This document shows, in pieces, positions 11,736-25,059 of a stretch of DNA of 64,000 nt. The position numbers and the translations under genes were made by a program. The notes below the pieces were generated by a model, which made no database searches, was not told the DNA's origin, and saw only the letters and a program-made list of their open reading frames with translations. Location: the NCBI RefSeq assembly GCF_963921235.1, contig NC_086108.1:9362001-9426000 (forward strand). The letters run 5' to 3'. Within the stretch, counting starts at the first letter, position 1; each line of letters opens with the position of its first letter. The DNA comes from Mobula hypostoma. Taxonomy: Eukaryota.

Positions 11736-13078
11736 TTATCAAAGTAATTTAAATATGGTCCTTCTGAATTCACATTGGTAATAAATCAGATTAGTGGTGC
11801 TGGGCAGATGGAAAATTGGGTGGAGTTTAATGGATGGAATTTAATTCCAATAAGTGTGAGGCGGTGCCTTTTAGGAATTTCGATAGGGGTAGGACATTTA
11901 CAGTAAATGGTAGGAATGCTAATGAACAGAGGCCCATGGTTCCCTTAAAGTGGTAGCACAGATCAATAGGGTGCTGAAGAAGGCATATGGCATTTTTATC
12001 TTCCTAGGTTAGGGTTAGAAAAGTTTTGATCGGGGTGGACGGGCTCTGCAGCCTGCAGTCAACAAATGACAGCGCGAGATTGAGCTGGACTGTTTCGATA
12101 ACTCTGCAGTTTGATGTTTTACATTCTGTGTTTTTTCATCTTTTTTTGCCTTTTGCACTGTTTTTGCACATTGGGGGTTTGATGTTTTCCTTTGAACAGG
12201 TTCCATGGTCTTCTTTGTTTCCTGGCTGTCTGTGGAAAGACCAATGTCAGGGTTGTATACTATACACGTACTTTGATAATAAATGTACATTGACTTTGAC
12301 ACTTGGATCACAGTGTAAGTTCTGGCCGCGCACAGGGGAAGGACATGAGTGCACTGGGCACTGGAGAGGGTGGAGAGGAGATTCTCTCTGATAAAAGCTG
12401 GGACACAAATTCACTAATTAGACCACACTTGGAGTACTGTTTACAGCTCTGGTCAGTACACAGTGGGAAGGATGTGAGTGTGTTTGAGAGAAAGGAGAGG
12501 AGATTCACTCACAAGGGTTTCCAACATTTTTAATTCTATGAACCCCTACCATTAACCGAGGGGTCTGTGGACCCCATGTTGGGAATCCCAGCACGAGAGT
12601 CTTGCCTGATTTGGGGGTCTAGCTGTGGGAAAGATTGAATTAAAGATAAGTTTTGTTTGTCTTATCAACATCAAATTAGGCTGGGTTTGTATTTTCTGGA
12701 GTGGTGGTGGGGTTGGTGTTCCCTATTACAGGCATGCAGAATTATAGGAGGCACTGATAGAGTAGATCAGAATCTTTTCCCCATGTTACATGGTAGAGGC
12801 ATCAAAAACACAAGAGCATGGGTTAATGTGAGAAGGGGATCTGAGGAGAAAGGTTTTTTTATACACTAAAAGTGGTTGATAGTAGGAACTTGAAGCCATA
12901 AGAGATGGTGGAGACAGAGGCAGTTACTATGTTTAAGCCACGTTTAGACAGGTACTTAGGCATAGAGCGGTGGTTCCCAACCTGGTGTTCACGGACTCCT
13001 TGCTTAATGGTATTGGTCCATGGCATTAAAAGAATGTTGGGAATGCCGAACATTGAAGGATATGGCCCTAGTGTGGGA

Positions 13079-13316
13079 TAGAAACATAGAAAATAGGTGC
13101 AGGAGTAGGCCATTCGGCCCTTCGAGCCTGCATCGCCATTCAGTATGATCATGGCTGATCATCCAACTCAGAACCCTGTACCAGCCTTCCCTCCATACCC
13201 CCGATCCCTTTAGCCACAAGGGCCATGTCTAACTCCCTCTTAAATATAACCAATGAATTGGCCTCAACTGTTTCCTGTGGCAGAGAATTCCACAGATTCA
13301 CCACTCTCTGTGTGAA
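13079..13316 (-). mobile_element. Young CR1 3' terminal fragment
   Basis: Near-identical reverse complement of about 24410-24655, with the (CATAGAAA) tail. Confidence 0.9.
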
Positions 13317-14798
13317 AAATGAGATACTGTGTGGATAATGAGATTATTATAGATGGGTGGAAAGGTGAAGATTGACATGGTGGGCTGGAGGGCCGATTTA
13401 TGTGTCCTCCGACTGTGCTGATCCTATCAATATTGACAAGATGAAAACCTCATGCCTAGGAGAGAGAATCTTCTCTGATTGATGAACACTAACAGTCCCT
13501 GCTGGCCCCACCACTAGTTTATTAAATTGCTAGTGTGAATTCTGTCTAGAACAGGATGCTGCAATCTAAAGTTTGCCTGGAAATTTGTTCCCAGAGAATA
13601 CATAATAGAGCAGCACTGTGTTGTGCCTCTGAAATTCATTTCATTAGCATTATGTTTAGACACTGGATGGGTCAGATGGCACATTCTATGGGTGACAGTT
13701 ATACTCAAAGCAGAGAGAGTGTGTCTTTGGCCACGAGCGCTATTCGGGCTGTGCTTCGCAATTATTCTTTCACTGGAAGCCCATAAAACTGAGAACATGC
13801 AACATGCATCTGTGTAAGATTTATCTATTTAGCGATATAGTGCAGAGTAGTCCCTTCTGGACCTTTGAGCCATGCTGCTCCAGCAATCCCCAACAAGCTC
13901 AATTAATCCTAAGCTAATCACAGGACAATTTACAATGACCAAATAACCTACCGGGTAGCTCCTTGGACTGTGGGAGGGAAACCGGAGCACCCAGGGAAAA
14001 CCCATGCATTCCACGGGGAGGACAACCAGGCTCCTACACAATGGCGTGGGAATTGAACTCTGAACTCTAGATTGCCTCAAGTTAAAATAGCATTGCACTA
14101 CACTCCCAGTGCAAGTCAACAGAGACTGCAAACCTGGAACAAAAACAGAACTCTGGAAGAACACTACGTCAAATAGCATCAAATAGAAGGCAAAATGTGT
14201 CAGTTAATGTTTCAGGTTGAGACCTTTCATCAGAAAGTGGGGCGGCGTGGTAGCGTAGCCATTAGCACAATGCTTAACAGTACAGAAAACAGGTTCAGTT
14301 CCTGCTGCTGCCTTCTCCCCATGACCGCATAGGTTCCCTCCGGGTGCTGTGGGTTCCTCCCTCAGTCCAAAGACGTACTGGTTGGTAGGTTAATTGGTCA
14401 TTGTAAATCGTCCCATGATTAAGCTAGGATTAAATCGGGGAATTGCTGGACTCAAAGGGCTGGAAGGGCCCTGTTCCACACTGTATCTCCATAAATAAAT
14501 AAATATATACAGTGCGAACATATGTACCAAGGTGCAACAAGAAAGATTACAGAGCCTCATCAGACCAACAACTAAAGTGACTGCCTTCCCAAGTAAGGAA
14601 ACTTATCCCGAGAATTTTGCCTTTGAGCCGTTTGTGGGAAGGAAAGTTTTGCATTTTATTTCAAAATCAGGTTTTGTTATCTCCAGCATGTGTCGTGAAA
14701 TTAACTTTCTTACTGAGGAAGACAGTCACGTTAGTTGTTGGTCTGATGCGGCTCTCTCAGTTTACTGAGAATTGCCTTCATGTTAAGATGTGATTTAC

Positions 14799-14817
14799 TG
14801 CTACCACCTAGTGCCCA
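14799..14817 (-). promoter_or_regulatory. Candidate CTCF site
   Basis: Minus strand TGGGCACTAGGTGGTAGCA resembles the CTCF core TGGCCACCAGGTGGCAGCA (16/19), in apparently non-repeat sequence. Confidence 0.4.
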
Positions 14818-15439
14818 AAGGGAGTAGCACTGAAGTGATGGGAACACAAGAGATTCTGCAGATACTGGAAATCCAGAGTAACACACACAGCATTTTTTGA
14901 AGTGATGGGAGTATCAGGAACTTACAGAGTGACTACATCTGTGAAATGTTGGGCTTGGAAGTATTGATAGTCTGCACACAAAACAGATTCAGATGTCATT
15001 TGGATTGCTGTATTCTTCCAATATGCCAGCTTTCTCATTCCAAGGGGTAGCGGGTTCTTAAATAAACTTTATTTCCTGACCTCTTTCCAATAACTGAAAG
15101 TTCCTGAATGAATCAGAATTGGGTTTACTATCAGTAATATATGTTGTGTTGTTTTGTGCAGCAGTACAAGACATTAAAAAGTCACAAAAATAAATAAGTA
15201 AATAGTACTTTACTTACTCGGGCCCTTATCTCCCCGAGGAGCACAGGCCATCAATGACCTCCCGTCTCCATCATGCTCAGGTCGATGGTATGGTTAGAGT
15301 TCTTCATCAAACTTCTGCCATCTATTGTATCCACTGTACAGGAGATTAGCCTCTACGGCTTCACCAGAGCCCTGGTGGCCAGCCTTGCCTGTTTCCACCT
15401 TTCATGACATTGAGTGGTGTCAGGTTGGACTTTAAGAGG

Positions 15440-18240
15440 CTTAATACTGCAAAAGAGGAATTGCAAGGTAGTGTTCATGGATTCATGGACCGTTCAGAAA
15501 TCTGATGGCAGAGGGGAAGATAATGATCCTAAAACATTGAGTGTGTGTCTTCAGGCTCCTGTATCTCTTCCCTGATGGTAGTAGTAAGAAGAGAGCATGC
15601 CCTGGATGGTGAAGGTCGTCTATGAAGGATGTTGCCTTCTTGAAGCATCCATATTGGTGGGAAGGGTAGTGCTGTGATGGAGATAGCTGAGTCTACAACC
15701 TCCTGCAGCTTTTCCAATGCCTTGCTTTGGAGCCTCAGTACCAGGTTTAATGTAACCAGTCAGAATGCTCTCTACCATACATCCATACAAATTTGTTAAG
15801 AGTCTTTGATAACGTACCAAATCTCCTCAAACTCCTAATCAAGTACAGTTGTGGCCTTTTTCGTGATTGCTTCAATGTGTTGGGCCCAGGATAGATCCTC
15901 TGAGGTGTTGATGCCCGGGAACTTAAAGCTGCGCACCCTGACCTCCCCTTCCTGAAGTCCAGAGTCAGTTCCTTGGTCTTGCTAACATTGAGTGTAAGGT
16001 TGTTGTTGTGACACCACTCAACCAGGTGATCTGTCTCAGTCCTGAAAGCATCTTCATCACCATCTGAGATTTTGCCAACAACTGGTGAATTTATTGATGC
16101 GTCTTTGAGCTGTCTAGCCACATAGTCATGAGCGTAGAGAGTGGTGCAGTGGACTAAGAACATGTCCTTGAGGTGCACTTGTATTGATTGTCAGCGAGGA
16201 GATGCTATCACCATATGTACTTACTGACAGTGGGATCCCGATGTTGAAGTCAAGTATCCAGTTGTAGACGGAGGTACAGAGGCCCAGGTTTTGAAGCTTA
16301 TCGATTATTATTGAGAGGATGATGGTGTTGAACACTGAGCTGTAATTGGTATCGCTGTTGTGTAGGTGGCCCAGAGCCAAGTGGAGTGCCAGTCAAAGTA
16401 CATGCTCTAATTGTAACAGGGTCCTGACAGAGATCACAGTCACCAGACACTGAGGATTCCCACAGAGAGAATTGTGTTATTCTTCCTTTCAGAGTGTGCA
16501 TAAAAGGTGTAGAGCTCATCGGAGACTGAAGTATCACAATCATTTATGTTGTTAGGTCTTACCTTATAGGAAATAATGACAAACAAACCCTGCTGCAGCC
16601 ATTGTACATCCATTGTATCTTTAACTTCACCTGGAATTGTCTTTTCGCTCTTACCTTAGCCTTTCATAGGTCGTATGCAGCGTTGTTCTGGTTCTGGATC
16701 ACCATCTTGAACCCACAGGCTCACCCTCAGCATACTGTTTATCCACAGCTTCTGATTTGGGTTTGTCCAGTATGTTCTCCAAAGTGCACACTTATCCACA
16801 CAGGTCTTGAGAAATTCAGTGACGACTGCAGCATATACATTCCAATCTAAAGATGAATCCTAAAATATGGTCCACTCCACTGATTCAAAGCAGTCCTGTA
16901 AGCATCCCTTCACCTCTCTTGACTATACATTCGCAGTCCCTCGCCACAGTCCTTAATCTCTACCTCTCTGTCAGGAGTAGAAGTTCAAGGGGGTCTATGA
17001 GTCCGTAACCACAAAATACTCTGCAGATGCTGGGGTCAAAGCAACACTCACAACACGCTGGAGGAACTCAGCAGGTCGGGCAGCATCCGTGGAAACGATC
17101 AGTCAACATTTCGGGCTGGAACCCTTTGTCAGGACTGAAGAGGGAAGGGGCAGAGGCCCTATAAAGAGGGTGGGAAGGAGAAAGCTGGTAGGTTCCAGGT
17201 GAAAAACCAGTAAGGGGAAAGATAAAGGGGTGGGGGAGGGGAAGCAGGGAGGTGACTGATCATTTCCACGGATGCTGCCCGACCTGCTGAGTTCCTCCCA
17301 CGTGTTGTGAGTGTCTATGAGTCCGTGATCTGCAACTGCACTCAAGTTGCGTTTCTTCACTGGGTTCCTGCTCTCGGAGCTCGCTGATATCTCCAGGAGA
17401 TATGGGATCTCCTGGAAAATGGGCGCTTCAGGGTGATCTCTCTCCCTCTCCCTGGTTAGTGTGAGAGAGAGCCTTTGGCATGCCGAACTGTTGGGTGAAC
17501 AGTGGTATTTGATGGTGCTAGATCATGGTCTCTTTGAGGGCTTTGCTGTTGCTTGCTTGCCAGGTGGTGGTGGAGGGTTGATGTTTTGCTGCTGCTTGTG
17601 CCTGGGAGGGAGTATTTGGGGTTCTAACATTTTCTTGTCATTCATTCCTTGGGGGTTGTTCCTTCTGTTTCATGGATGTCTGTAAAGAACAAGAATTACA
17701 GGTTGTATACTGTATACATTTTCTGAAATGAAATGGAACATTGAGGTGATTAGATTTGCCAAAGTGCCAAAGGATGGCATGTCACGCATTCTTGATGGTG
17801 GAATAACAGTGGTCAAGTGTGTTGGCTCTCCTGGTTCCACAAGTGATATGTTGGTGGTGGTTGGTTAGAGACTTCCTCAAGCTGACCTGGTTGAAATTCC
17901 CCGCAATGATAGGGAAAGCATCGGAGTGCACTGACACACGACTGCTAATCACAGAGCTGAGCTCCTCCAGCGCCAGCCTGACATTGACCAGGAGGATGGC
18001 TGAATAGAATAGACAACTCTTGACTGCCAGATGTTTGAGGTCGGGGGAGCAGGACTGTGTACCACAATGAGTTCATCATGAAGCAAATGCAGGCGCATCT
18101 GTGTTTGCCCAACTCTGTAGTCTGGTCCATGTGCTGGATGGTGAAGCACTTGGGCTGGAGTGCCATGTCAAGATGGAGTCAATAAGTGTAACTGCCCCAG
18201 TTTCTGTGACTAGAGTGTCCACAGTGTGCCAAGAGGTACA
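15440..18240 (-). mobile_element. Degenerate Rex1/Babar-like LINE (EN and RT remnants) with nested inserts
   Basis: Peptides LVEWCHNNNLTLNVSKTKELTLDFRKG, MVESILTGYI and an EN-like CICFMMNSLW. Interrupted at 17007-17312 and about 17390-17740. Confidence 0.7.
17007..17312 (-). mobile_element. 306-bp Penelope-derived insertion with inverted arms and a 14-bp TSD
   Basis: GTCTATGAGTCCGT at 16993-17006 and 17313-17326. Inverted repeat at about 17044-17105 / 17253-17314. Hammerhead-like motif at 17100-17137. Confidence 0.8.
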
Positions 18241-18479
18241 GATGCAGGGCAGAGAGCATTCTGACTGGTTGCATCACCACTCAGTATGGGGAATGCAATG
18301 TACAGGATGGATAAAAGCTCCGGAGGGTTATAGACTCAGCCATCAGAGGCACTAGCCTTCCCTCCCCACCATGAAGGACATCTTCAAGAGGAGGTGCCTC
18401 AGGGTGGCAGCCATCAGTAATGACCTTTGACCTCTGCTCTTACTGCCATCAGGGAGGATGTATGGGAGCATGACGATGC

Positions 18480-20200
18480 ACTGATTTAGAGGGCATGTGA
18501 TATCATGAGAGGCAAGATAAAACTTAGTTGTTTTCACTGGAGTGCCAGAGGCTGAAGGGAGATCTGATAGAGATTTACAAGATTGTGAGAGGCATAGATA
18601 GAGCAGACAGGGAGTATCTGTTTCGCAAAGTAAAAATGTCTAATACCAGAGGACATGCATTGACAGTAGATGGGGTAGGTTCAAAGAGAATGTGAGGGGC
18701 AAGTTTTTTTTACTCAGAGAGTGGTGGATGCCTGGAATGTGCTGCCTGGTATGATGGTAGAGGCAAATACATTAGAGGCTTTCTGGAGAGATTTGATAGG
18801 CACATTGATGTAAGAAAGATGGAGGGTTATGGACATTGTGTAGGTAGGAGAGAATAGTCTTTGGGTGTTTTGATTTGTGTTTTTTTAGTTGGCTTGGCAC
18901 AACATTGTTGGCTGAATAGCTGTTCCTGTGCTGTACTGTTCTATGTTCTGGTTCATGAACACTATTTTTGTTCTTTTTTCATTACTTAGAGACTGTTGTG
19001 CGTGAAAACCCCCATAGATCAGCAGTTTCTGAGATACTGAATCCACTCAACCTGGCCCAAACGATCATTCCATGGTCAAAGTCACAGATCACATTTCTTC
19101 CCCATTCTGATGTTTGGTCTGAAAAACCACTGAAACTCTTGACAATGTCTGCATGCTTTTATGCATTGAGTTGCTGCCATATGATTGGCTGATTAGATAT
19201 TTGTGTGAATGGGCATCTCATAAAGTGGCCACAGAGTGTACAGACTTATGTAAAATCACGAGGGGTGAAAGAACACTGTCCTTTTCCCCAGGCTGCAAGT
19301 CAAAGACTGAAGGGCAAAACTTTAAGGTGGGGTGGGAGGTTGAGGAATGTTTTCATCTGGAGTGTACCCACAGATGGAATGAGGTTAAGGGAGTTGAGAG
19401 AGGCTGAGGGGGGTATATTAGCAACATTTAAAAGAGACTTCAACATACACATGGATAGGAAAGGCTTAGAGCGATACAGGTCAAATATTGGCAAATACGA
19501 CAGGCTTGGGTCGGCATGGAGCAGAAGGGCTGAAGGGCCTTTATCTCTGGTGTGTGACACACAAAATGCTGGAGGAACTCAGCAGGTCAGACAGCATCTA
19601 CGGAACTGAACAAGCAGAAGAGATTCTGTAGATGCTGGAAATCCAGAGCAACACACACAAAAGTCAAGAGGTGATGTTGCAACTTTATAAAACTCTGGTT
19701 AGGCCGCATCTGCAGTATTGTGTATAGTTCTGGCTGCCCCACTATAGGAAGGATATTGAGACTTTGGAGATGGTGCAGAAGAGGTTTACCAGGATACTGC
19801 CTAGTTTAGAGGGCATGTGCTATCACAAGAGGCTCTGTTTTTTTCTCTGGAGTGCTAGAAGCTGAGGGAGATCTGATAGAGGTTAGAGGTTTATAGGATT
19901 ATGAGAGGCAGAGATAGAGTGGACAGGGAGTATCTGTTTCCCAGGGTTGAAATGTCTGTTACCAGAAGGCATGCATTGAAGGTGGGGGGGGGGGGGTAGG
20001 TTCGAGGGGGATGTGAGGGGTAAGTGTTTTTACTCGGAGTGGTGGATGCTGCATTGTGCTGCCTGGTATGGTGGTAGAGGCTTTTACAAGACATTTGGAT
20101 GTAAGGAAGATGGAGGGATTAGTGTTTGGGTGTTTTTGATTTGTTTTTTAGCTGGTTCGGCACAACATTGTTCATATGCTGTACTGTACTATGTTCTATG
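18480..20200 (+). mobile_element. Cluster of old CR1 3' fragments
   Basis: CR1 RT C-terminal remnants and TTCTATG tails at about 18480-18950, 19240-19550 and 19665-20200. Confidence 0.7.
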
Positions 20201-20399
20201 TTAATGACTGTTTTGGGAACAGCGTCTTCCTTTCTGTCACCAGATTTCTAAATGATCCACGAACACTGCCCCACTATTTTCCTCTCCTTTTTATTTATAT
20301 TTCTGACTGTAACCTTCAGTAAACTTTTATGTATTGCACTGTACTGCTAATACAAAACAACAACAAATAATAATATCATTCTGATTCTGAAATACAGAA

Positions 20400-21060
20400 C
20401 CTCCCTCCCTGCAAGTGGCCACGGCCAAAGTGCTACACCTGCTCATTCACCTCCATTCAGGCCCTTCCGGGTGGGCTCCCAGTGCGGCCTCCTCTACATT
20501 GCTGAGGCCCATCGTAAATTGGAGACTGCTTCATCGTGCACCTCCACTTCTTCCGTCATAAGTGGAACTTCCCAGTGGCCAAACATTTTAATTCTGATTC
20601 CCATTCCCGTTCTGACATGTCAGTCCATGGCCTCTTGTGCCAAGACAAGGCCTCCCTCAGGACGAGGAGCAACACCATATATTTTGTCTGAGTAGCTTTC
20701 AACCTGATGGCATGAATATTGATTTTTTTCCTTCCGCTAACTAAATTTCTCCTCCCTCACTCCTCTCTATTCCCCACTCTGGACTTTTACCTTTTCTCAC
20801 ATACAAATCACTTCCCCCTGTGCCCCTTCTCCTTCCCTTTCTCCTATGGTCCATTCTCCTCTCCTATCAGATTCCTTCCTCTCCAGCCCTTGATCTTTCC
20901 CACCCATCTGGCTTCACCTATCATATTCTGGCTAGCTTCACTCCACTCCATCTTTATTCAGGCATCTTCCCCCTTCCTTCTCAGTCCTGAGGAAAAGTCT
21001 CGGCCTGAATCATCGACTGTTTATTTCTTTCCATTGATGCTGCCTGACCTGTCTGTGCTG
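20400..21060 (+). mobile_element. Penelope-like element 3' remnant
   Basis: SQCGLLYIAEAHRKL GIY-YIG remnant and a hammerhead-like motif at 20982-21019. Confidence 0.75.
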
Positions 21061-21828
21061 TTTTAATTCTGCATCTAACAATTTTGAAAGAGGCAGTCAA
21101 GAAGTCCCTAATGGTGTTCAGATCAAGCAGAGAGTGTGGTCACTGATGCTCTGTGCGGACTGGCTGATGAGTGTTGTCGACGGGCGGTGCAATAGCACGC
21201 TTATTAAAGACCCTGTCTGACCCAACGTCTGGGTGGAGTTTGCAAGTTCCTGTGACTGCGGGGGTTTCCCCCAGGAGCTCTGGTTTCCTCCCACATCTAA
21301 AAGATGTGTGGGCTGCCCCTAATGTGAAGGTGGGGAAGAATCGGGGAGGAGTCGACAGGAAAGTGATTGAAGGGGATTACTGTGGAGTTAATGAAAATGG
21401 GTAGTTCACTGTAGACTGAAGGGTCTGCCTCCATGCCGGGTCTCTCTAAGACTAATTACAAGCTAGGGCGACACGGTAGTGTAGTGGTTAGCACAACGCT
21501 TTACAGTAAAGGCAATCCAGGTTCAATTCCCACTGCTGACTGTAAGGAGTTTGTATGTTCTCCCCATGGGTTTCCTCCAGTTGCTCCGAATTCCTCCCAC
21601 AGTCCAAAGACAAGCAGGTAAATTGTCCCGTGATTAGGCTGGGATTAAATTGGGAGATTTCTGAGTGGACCGGTTCTGTGCTGTATCTAAATAAATAAAC
21701 AAAGAAACAGATAATTAAATAAATAAACATTACATCAAGCCTTGATCTGAAGAACTAACACTTTTTATTTCAAAGTAATATTAAATGCTGATAAGTGATT
21801 TTAGGGGCAATTTTCTTCATCACCACCA

Positions 21829-24655
21829 TTGTTATTAATGATTATGATATAGTTGGGATCACAGAGACATGGCTCCAGGGTGACCAGGGATGGGAGCTCA
21901 ACGTTCAGAGATATTCAATATTCAGGAGGGATAGACATGAAGGAAGGGGAGGTGGGGTGGCGTTGCTGGTTAAAGAAGAGATTAACGCAATAGAAAGGAA
22001 AGACATAAGCCGGGAAGATGTGGAATCGATATGGGTAGAGCTGCGTAACACTAAGGGGCAGAAGACGCTGGTGGGAGTTGTGTACAGGCCACCTAACAGT
22101 AGTAGTGAGGTCGGAGATGGTATTAAACAGGAAATTAGAAATGTGTGCAATAAAGGAACAGCAGTTATAATGGGTGACTTCAATCTACATGTAGACTGGG
22201 TGAACCAAATTGGTAAAGGTGCTGAGGAAGAGGATTTCTTGGAATGTATGCGGGGTGGTTTTTTGAAACAACATGTCGAGGAACCAACTAGAGAGCAGGC
22301 TATTCTGGACTGGGTTTTGAGCAATGAGGAAGGGTTAATTAGCGATCTTGTCGAGAGAGGCCCCTTGGGTAAGAGTGACCATAATATGGTGGAATTCTTC
22401 ACTAAGATGGAGAGTGACATAGTTAATTCAGAAACAAAGGTTCTGAACTTAAAGAGGGGTAACTTTGAAGGTATGAGTCGTGAATTAGCTAAGATAGACT
22501 GGCAAATGACACTTAAAGGATTGACGGTGGATATGCAATGGCAAGCATTTAAAGGTTGCATGGATGAACTACAACAATTGTTCATCCCAGTTTGGCAAAA
22601 GAATAAATCAAGGAAGGTAGTGCACCCGTGGCTGACAAGAGAAATTAGGGATAGTATCAATTCCAAAGAAGAAGCATACAAATTAGCCAGAGAAAGTGGC
22701 TCACCTGAGGACTGGGAGAAATTCAGAGTTCGGCAGAGGAGGACAACGGGCTTAATTAGGAAGGAGAAAAAAGATTATGGGAGAAAACTGGCAGGGAACA
22801 TAAAAACGGACTGTAAAAGCTTTTATAGATATGTGAAAAGGAAAAGACTGGTAAAGACAAATGTAGGTCCCCTGCAGACAGAAACAGGTGAATTGATTAT
22901 GGGGAGCAAGGACATGGCAGACCAATTGAATAATTACTTTGGTTCTGTCTTCACTAAGGAGGACATAAATAATCTTCCAGAAATAGTAAGGGACAGAGGG
23001 TCCAGTGAGATGGAGGAACTGAGCGAAATACAAGTTAGTAGGGAAGTGGTATTAGGTAAATTGAAGGCAGATAAATCCCCAGGGCCAGATGGTCTGCATC
23101 CTAGAGTGCTTAAGGAAGTAGCCCAAGAAATAGTGGATGCATTAGTGATAATTTTTCAAAACTCATTAGATTCTGGACTAGTTCCTGAGGATTGGAGGGT
23201 GGCTAATGTAACCCCACTTTTTAAAAAAGGAGGGAGAGAGAAACTGGGGAATTATAGACCGGTTAGCCTAACGTCGGTGGTGGGGAAACTGCTGGAGTCA
23301 GTTATCAAGGATGTGATAACAGCACATTTGGAAAGCGGTGAAATGATCGGACAAAGTCAGCATGGATTTGTGAAAGGAAAATCATGTCTGACGAATCTCG
23401 TAGAATTTTTTGAGGATGTAACTAGTAGAGTGGATAGGGGAGAACCAGTGGATGTGGTATATTTGGATTTTCAAAAGGCTTTTGACAAGGTCCCACACAG
23501 GAGATTAGTGTGCAAACTTAAAGCACACGGTATTGGGGGTAAGGTATTGATGTGGATAAAGAATTGGTTAGCAGACAGGAAGCAAAGAGTGGGAATAAAC
23601 GGGACCTTTTCAGAATGGCAGGCGGTGACAAGTGGGGTACCGCAAGGCTCAGTGCTGGGACCCCAGTTGTTTACCAAATATATTAATGACTTGGATGAGG
23701 GAATTAAATGCAGCATCTCCAAGTTTGCGGATGACACGAAGCTGGGTGGCAGTGTTAGCAGTGAGGAGGATGCTAAGAGGATGCAGGGTGACTTGGATAG
23801 GTTGGGTGAGTGGGCAAATTCATGGCAGATGCAATTTAATGTGGATAAATGTGAAGTTATCCACTTTGGTGGCAAAAATAGGAAAACAGATTATTATCTG
23901 AATGGTGGCCGATTAGCAAAAGGGGAGGTGCAACGAGACCTGGGTGTCATACACCAGTCATTGAAAGTGGGCATGCAGGTACAGCAGGCGGTGAAAAAGG
24001 CGAATGGTATGCTGGCATTTATAGCGAGAGGATTCGAGTACAGGAGCAGGGAGGTACTACTGCAGTTGTACAAGGCCTTGGTGAGACCACACCTGGAGTA
24101 TTGTGTGCAGTTTTGGTCCCCTAATCTGAGGAAAGACATCTTTGCCATAGAGGGAGTACAAAGAAGGTTCACCAGATTGATTCCTGGGATGGCAGGACTT
24201 TCATATGAAGAAAGACTGGATGAACTGGGCTTGTACTCGGAATTTAGAAGATTGAGGGGGGATCTGATTGAAACGTATAAGATCCTAAAGGGATTGGACA
24301 GGCTAGATGCAGGAAGATTGTTCCCGATGTTGGGGAAGTCCAGAACGAGGGGTCACAGTTTGAGGATAGAGGGGAAGCCTTTTAGGACCGAGATTAGGAA
24401 AAACTTCTTCACACAGAGAGTGGTGAATCTGTGGAATTCTCTGCCACAGGAAACAGTTGAGGCCAGTTCATTGGCTATATTTAAGAGGGAGTTAGATATG
24501 GCCCTTGTGGCTACAGGGGTCAGGGGGTATGGAGGGAAGGCTGTGGCGGGGTTCTGAGTTGGATGATCAGCCATGATCATAATAAATGGCGGTGCAGGCT
24601 CGAAGGGCCGAATGGCCTACTCCTGCACCTATTTTCTATGTTTCTATGTTTCTAT
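21829..24655 (+). mobile_element. Young 5'-truncated CR1 LINE with an open ORF2 (APE endonuclease plus RT)
   Basis: ORF open to 24557 with GITETWL, MGDFN, SDH, YLDFQKAFDKV, GVPQGSVLGP and FADD. (TTTCTATG)n tail. Confidence 0.97.
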
Positions 24656-24798
24656 CTATTGCATAAATCAGGAAACGCAGTGTCTGAATTGGAAATATGG
24701 CCATTACTCTCTTATCTTCATCCCCAGATGGTTCATCAGAAAATCAGCCCTGCCGACAATCAAAGGTTTTTACATTCATGGAAATTGCTGTTTTACAG

Positions 24799-24957
24799 AT
24801 AAAGCACAAGACTGTGGCTCAGTGTGTAGAATATTACTACACCTGGAAGAAACAACTGAAGTTTGAATGGAAAAGGACACAGCTGCTTGAGGAAGAGGAG
24901 GAAGAGATAATGCGTGAAGCGGACGGTGCCGGAGATGGAAAAGAATTAAAAAATCTG
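24799..24957 (+). CDS. ZNF541: ZNF541-like coding exon (SANT helix 3 plus acidic tract), IKHKTVAQCVEYYYTWKKQLKFE...ELKNL
   Basis: ttttacag acceptor and gttaga donor; 159 nt, phase 0 to 0. KTVAQCVEYYY.WKK family signature. Confidence 0.9.
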
Positions 24958-25059
24958 GTTAGAAATACAGTTACTTACCTAGAAATGCTAGTGGGAGAGC
25001 TAGATCAACCTTCCAAACAAGCTGCTGGAATTAACATAGGAGGAGTGTTTGTTGTCTCT

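Noticed and set aside
21466..21540. tRNA gene (A and B boxes)
   Set aside because: It continues directly into the V-SINE core and does not form a full cloverleaf. The same applies to the other SINE heads.
21795..21828. N-terminus MILGAIFFITT of the 920-aa ORF as a real start or signal peptide
   Set aside because: It is a GTG start in flanking DNA upstream of the CR1 truncation point, an accidental in-frame extension.
21905..22681. 258-aa antisense ORF, repeated at 55877-56653
   Set aside because: It is the shadow frame of CR1 ORF2 and recurs only because the copies are near-identical.
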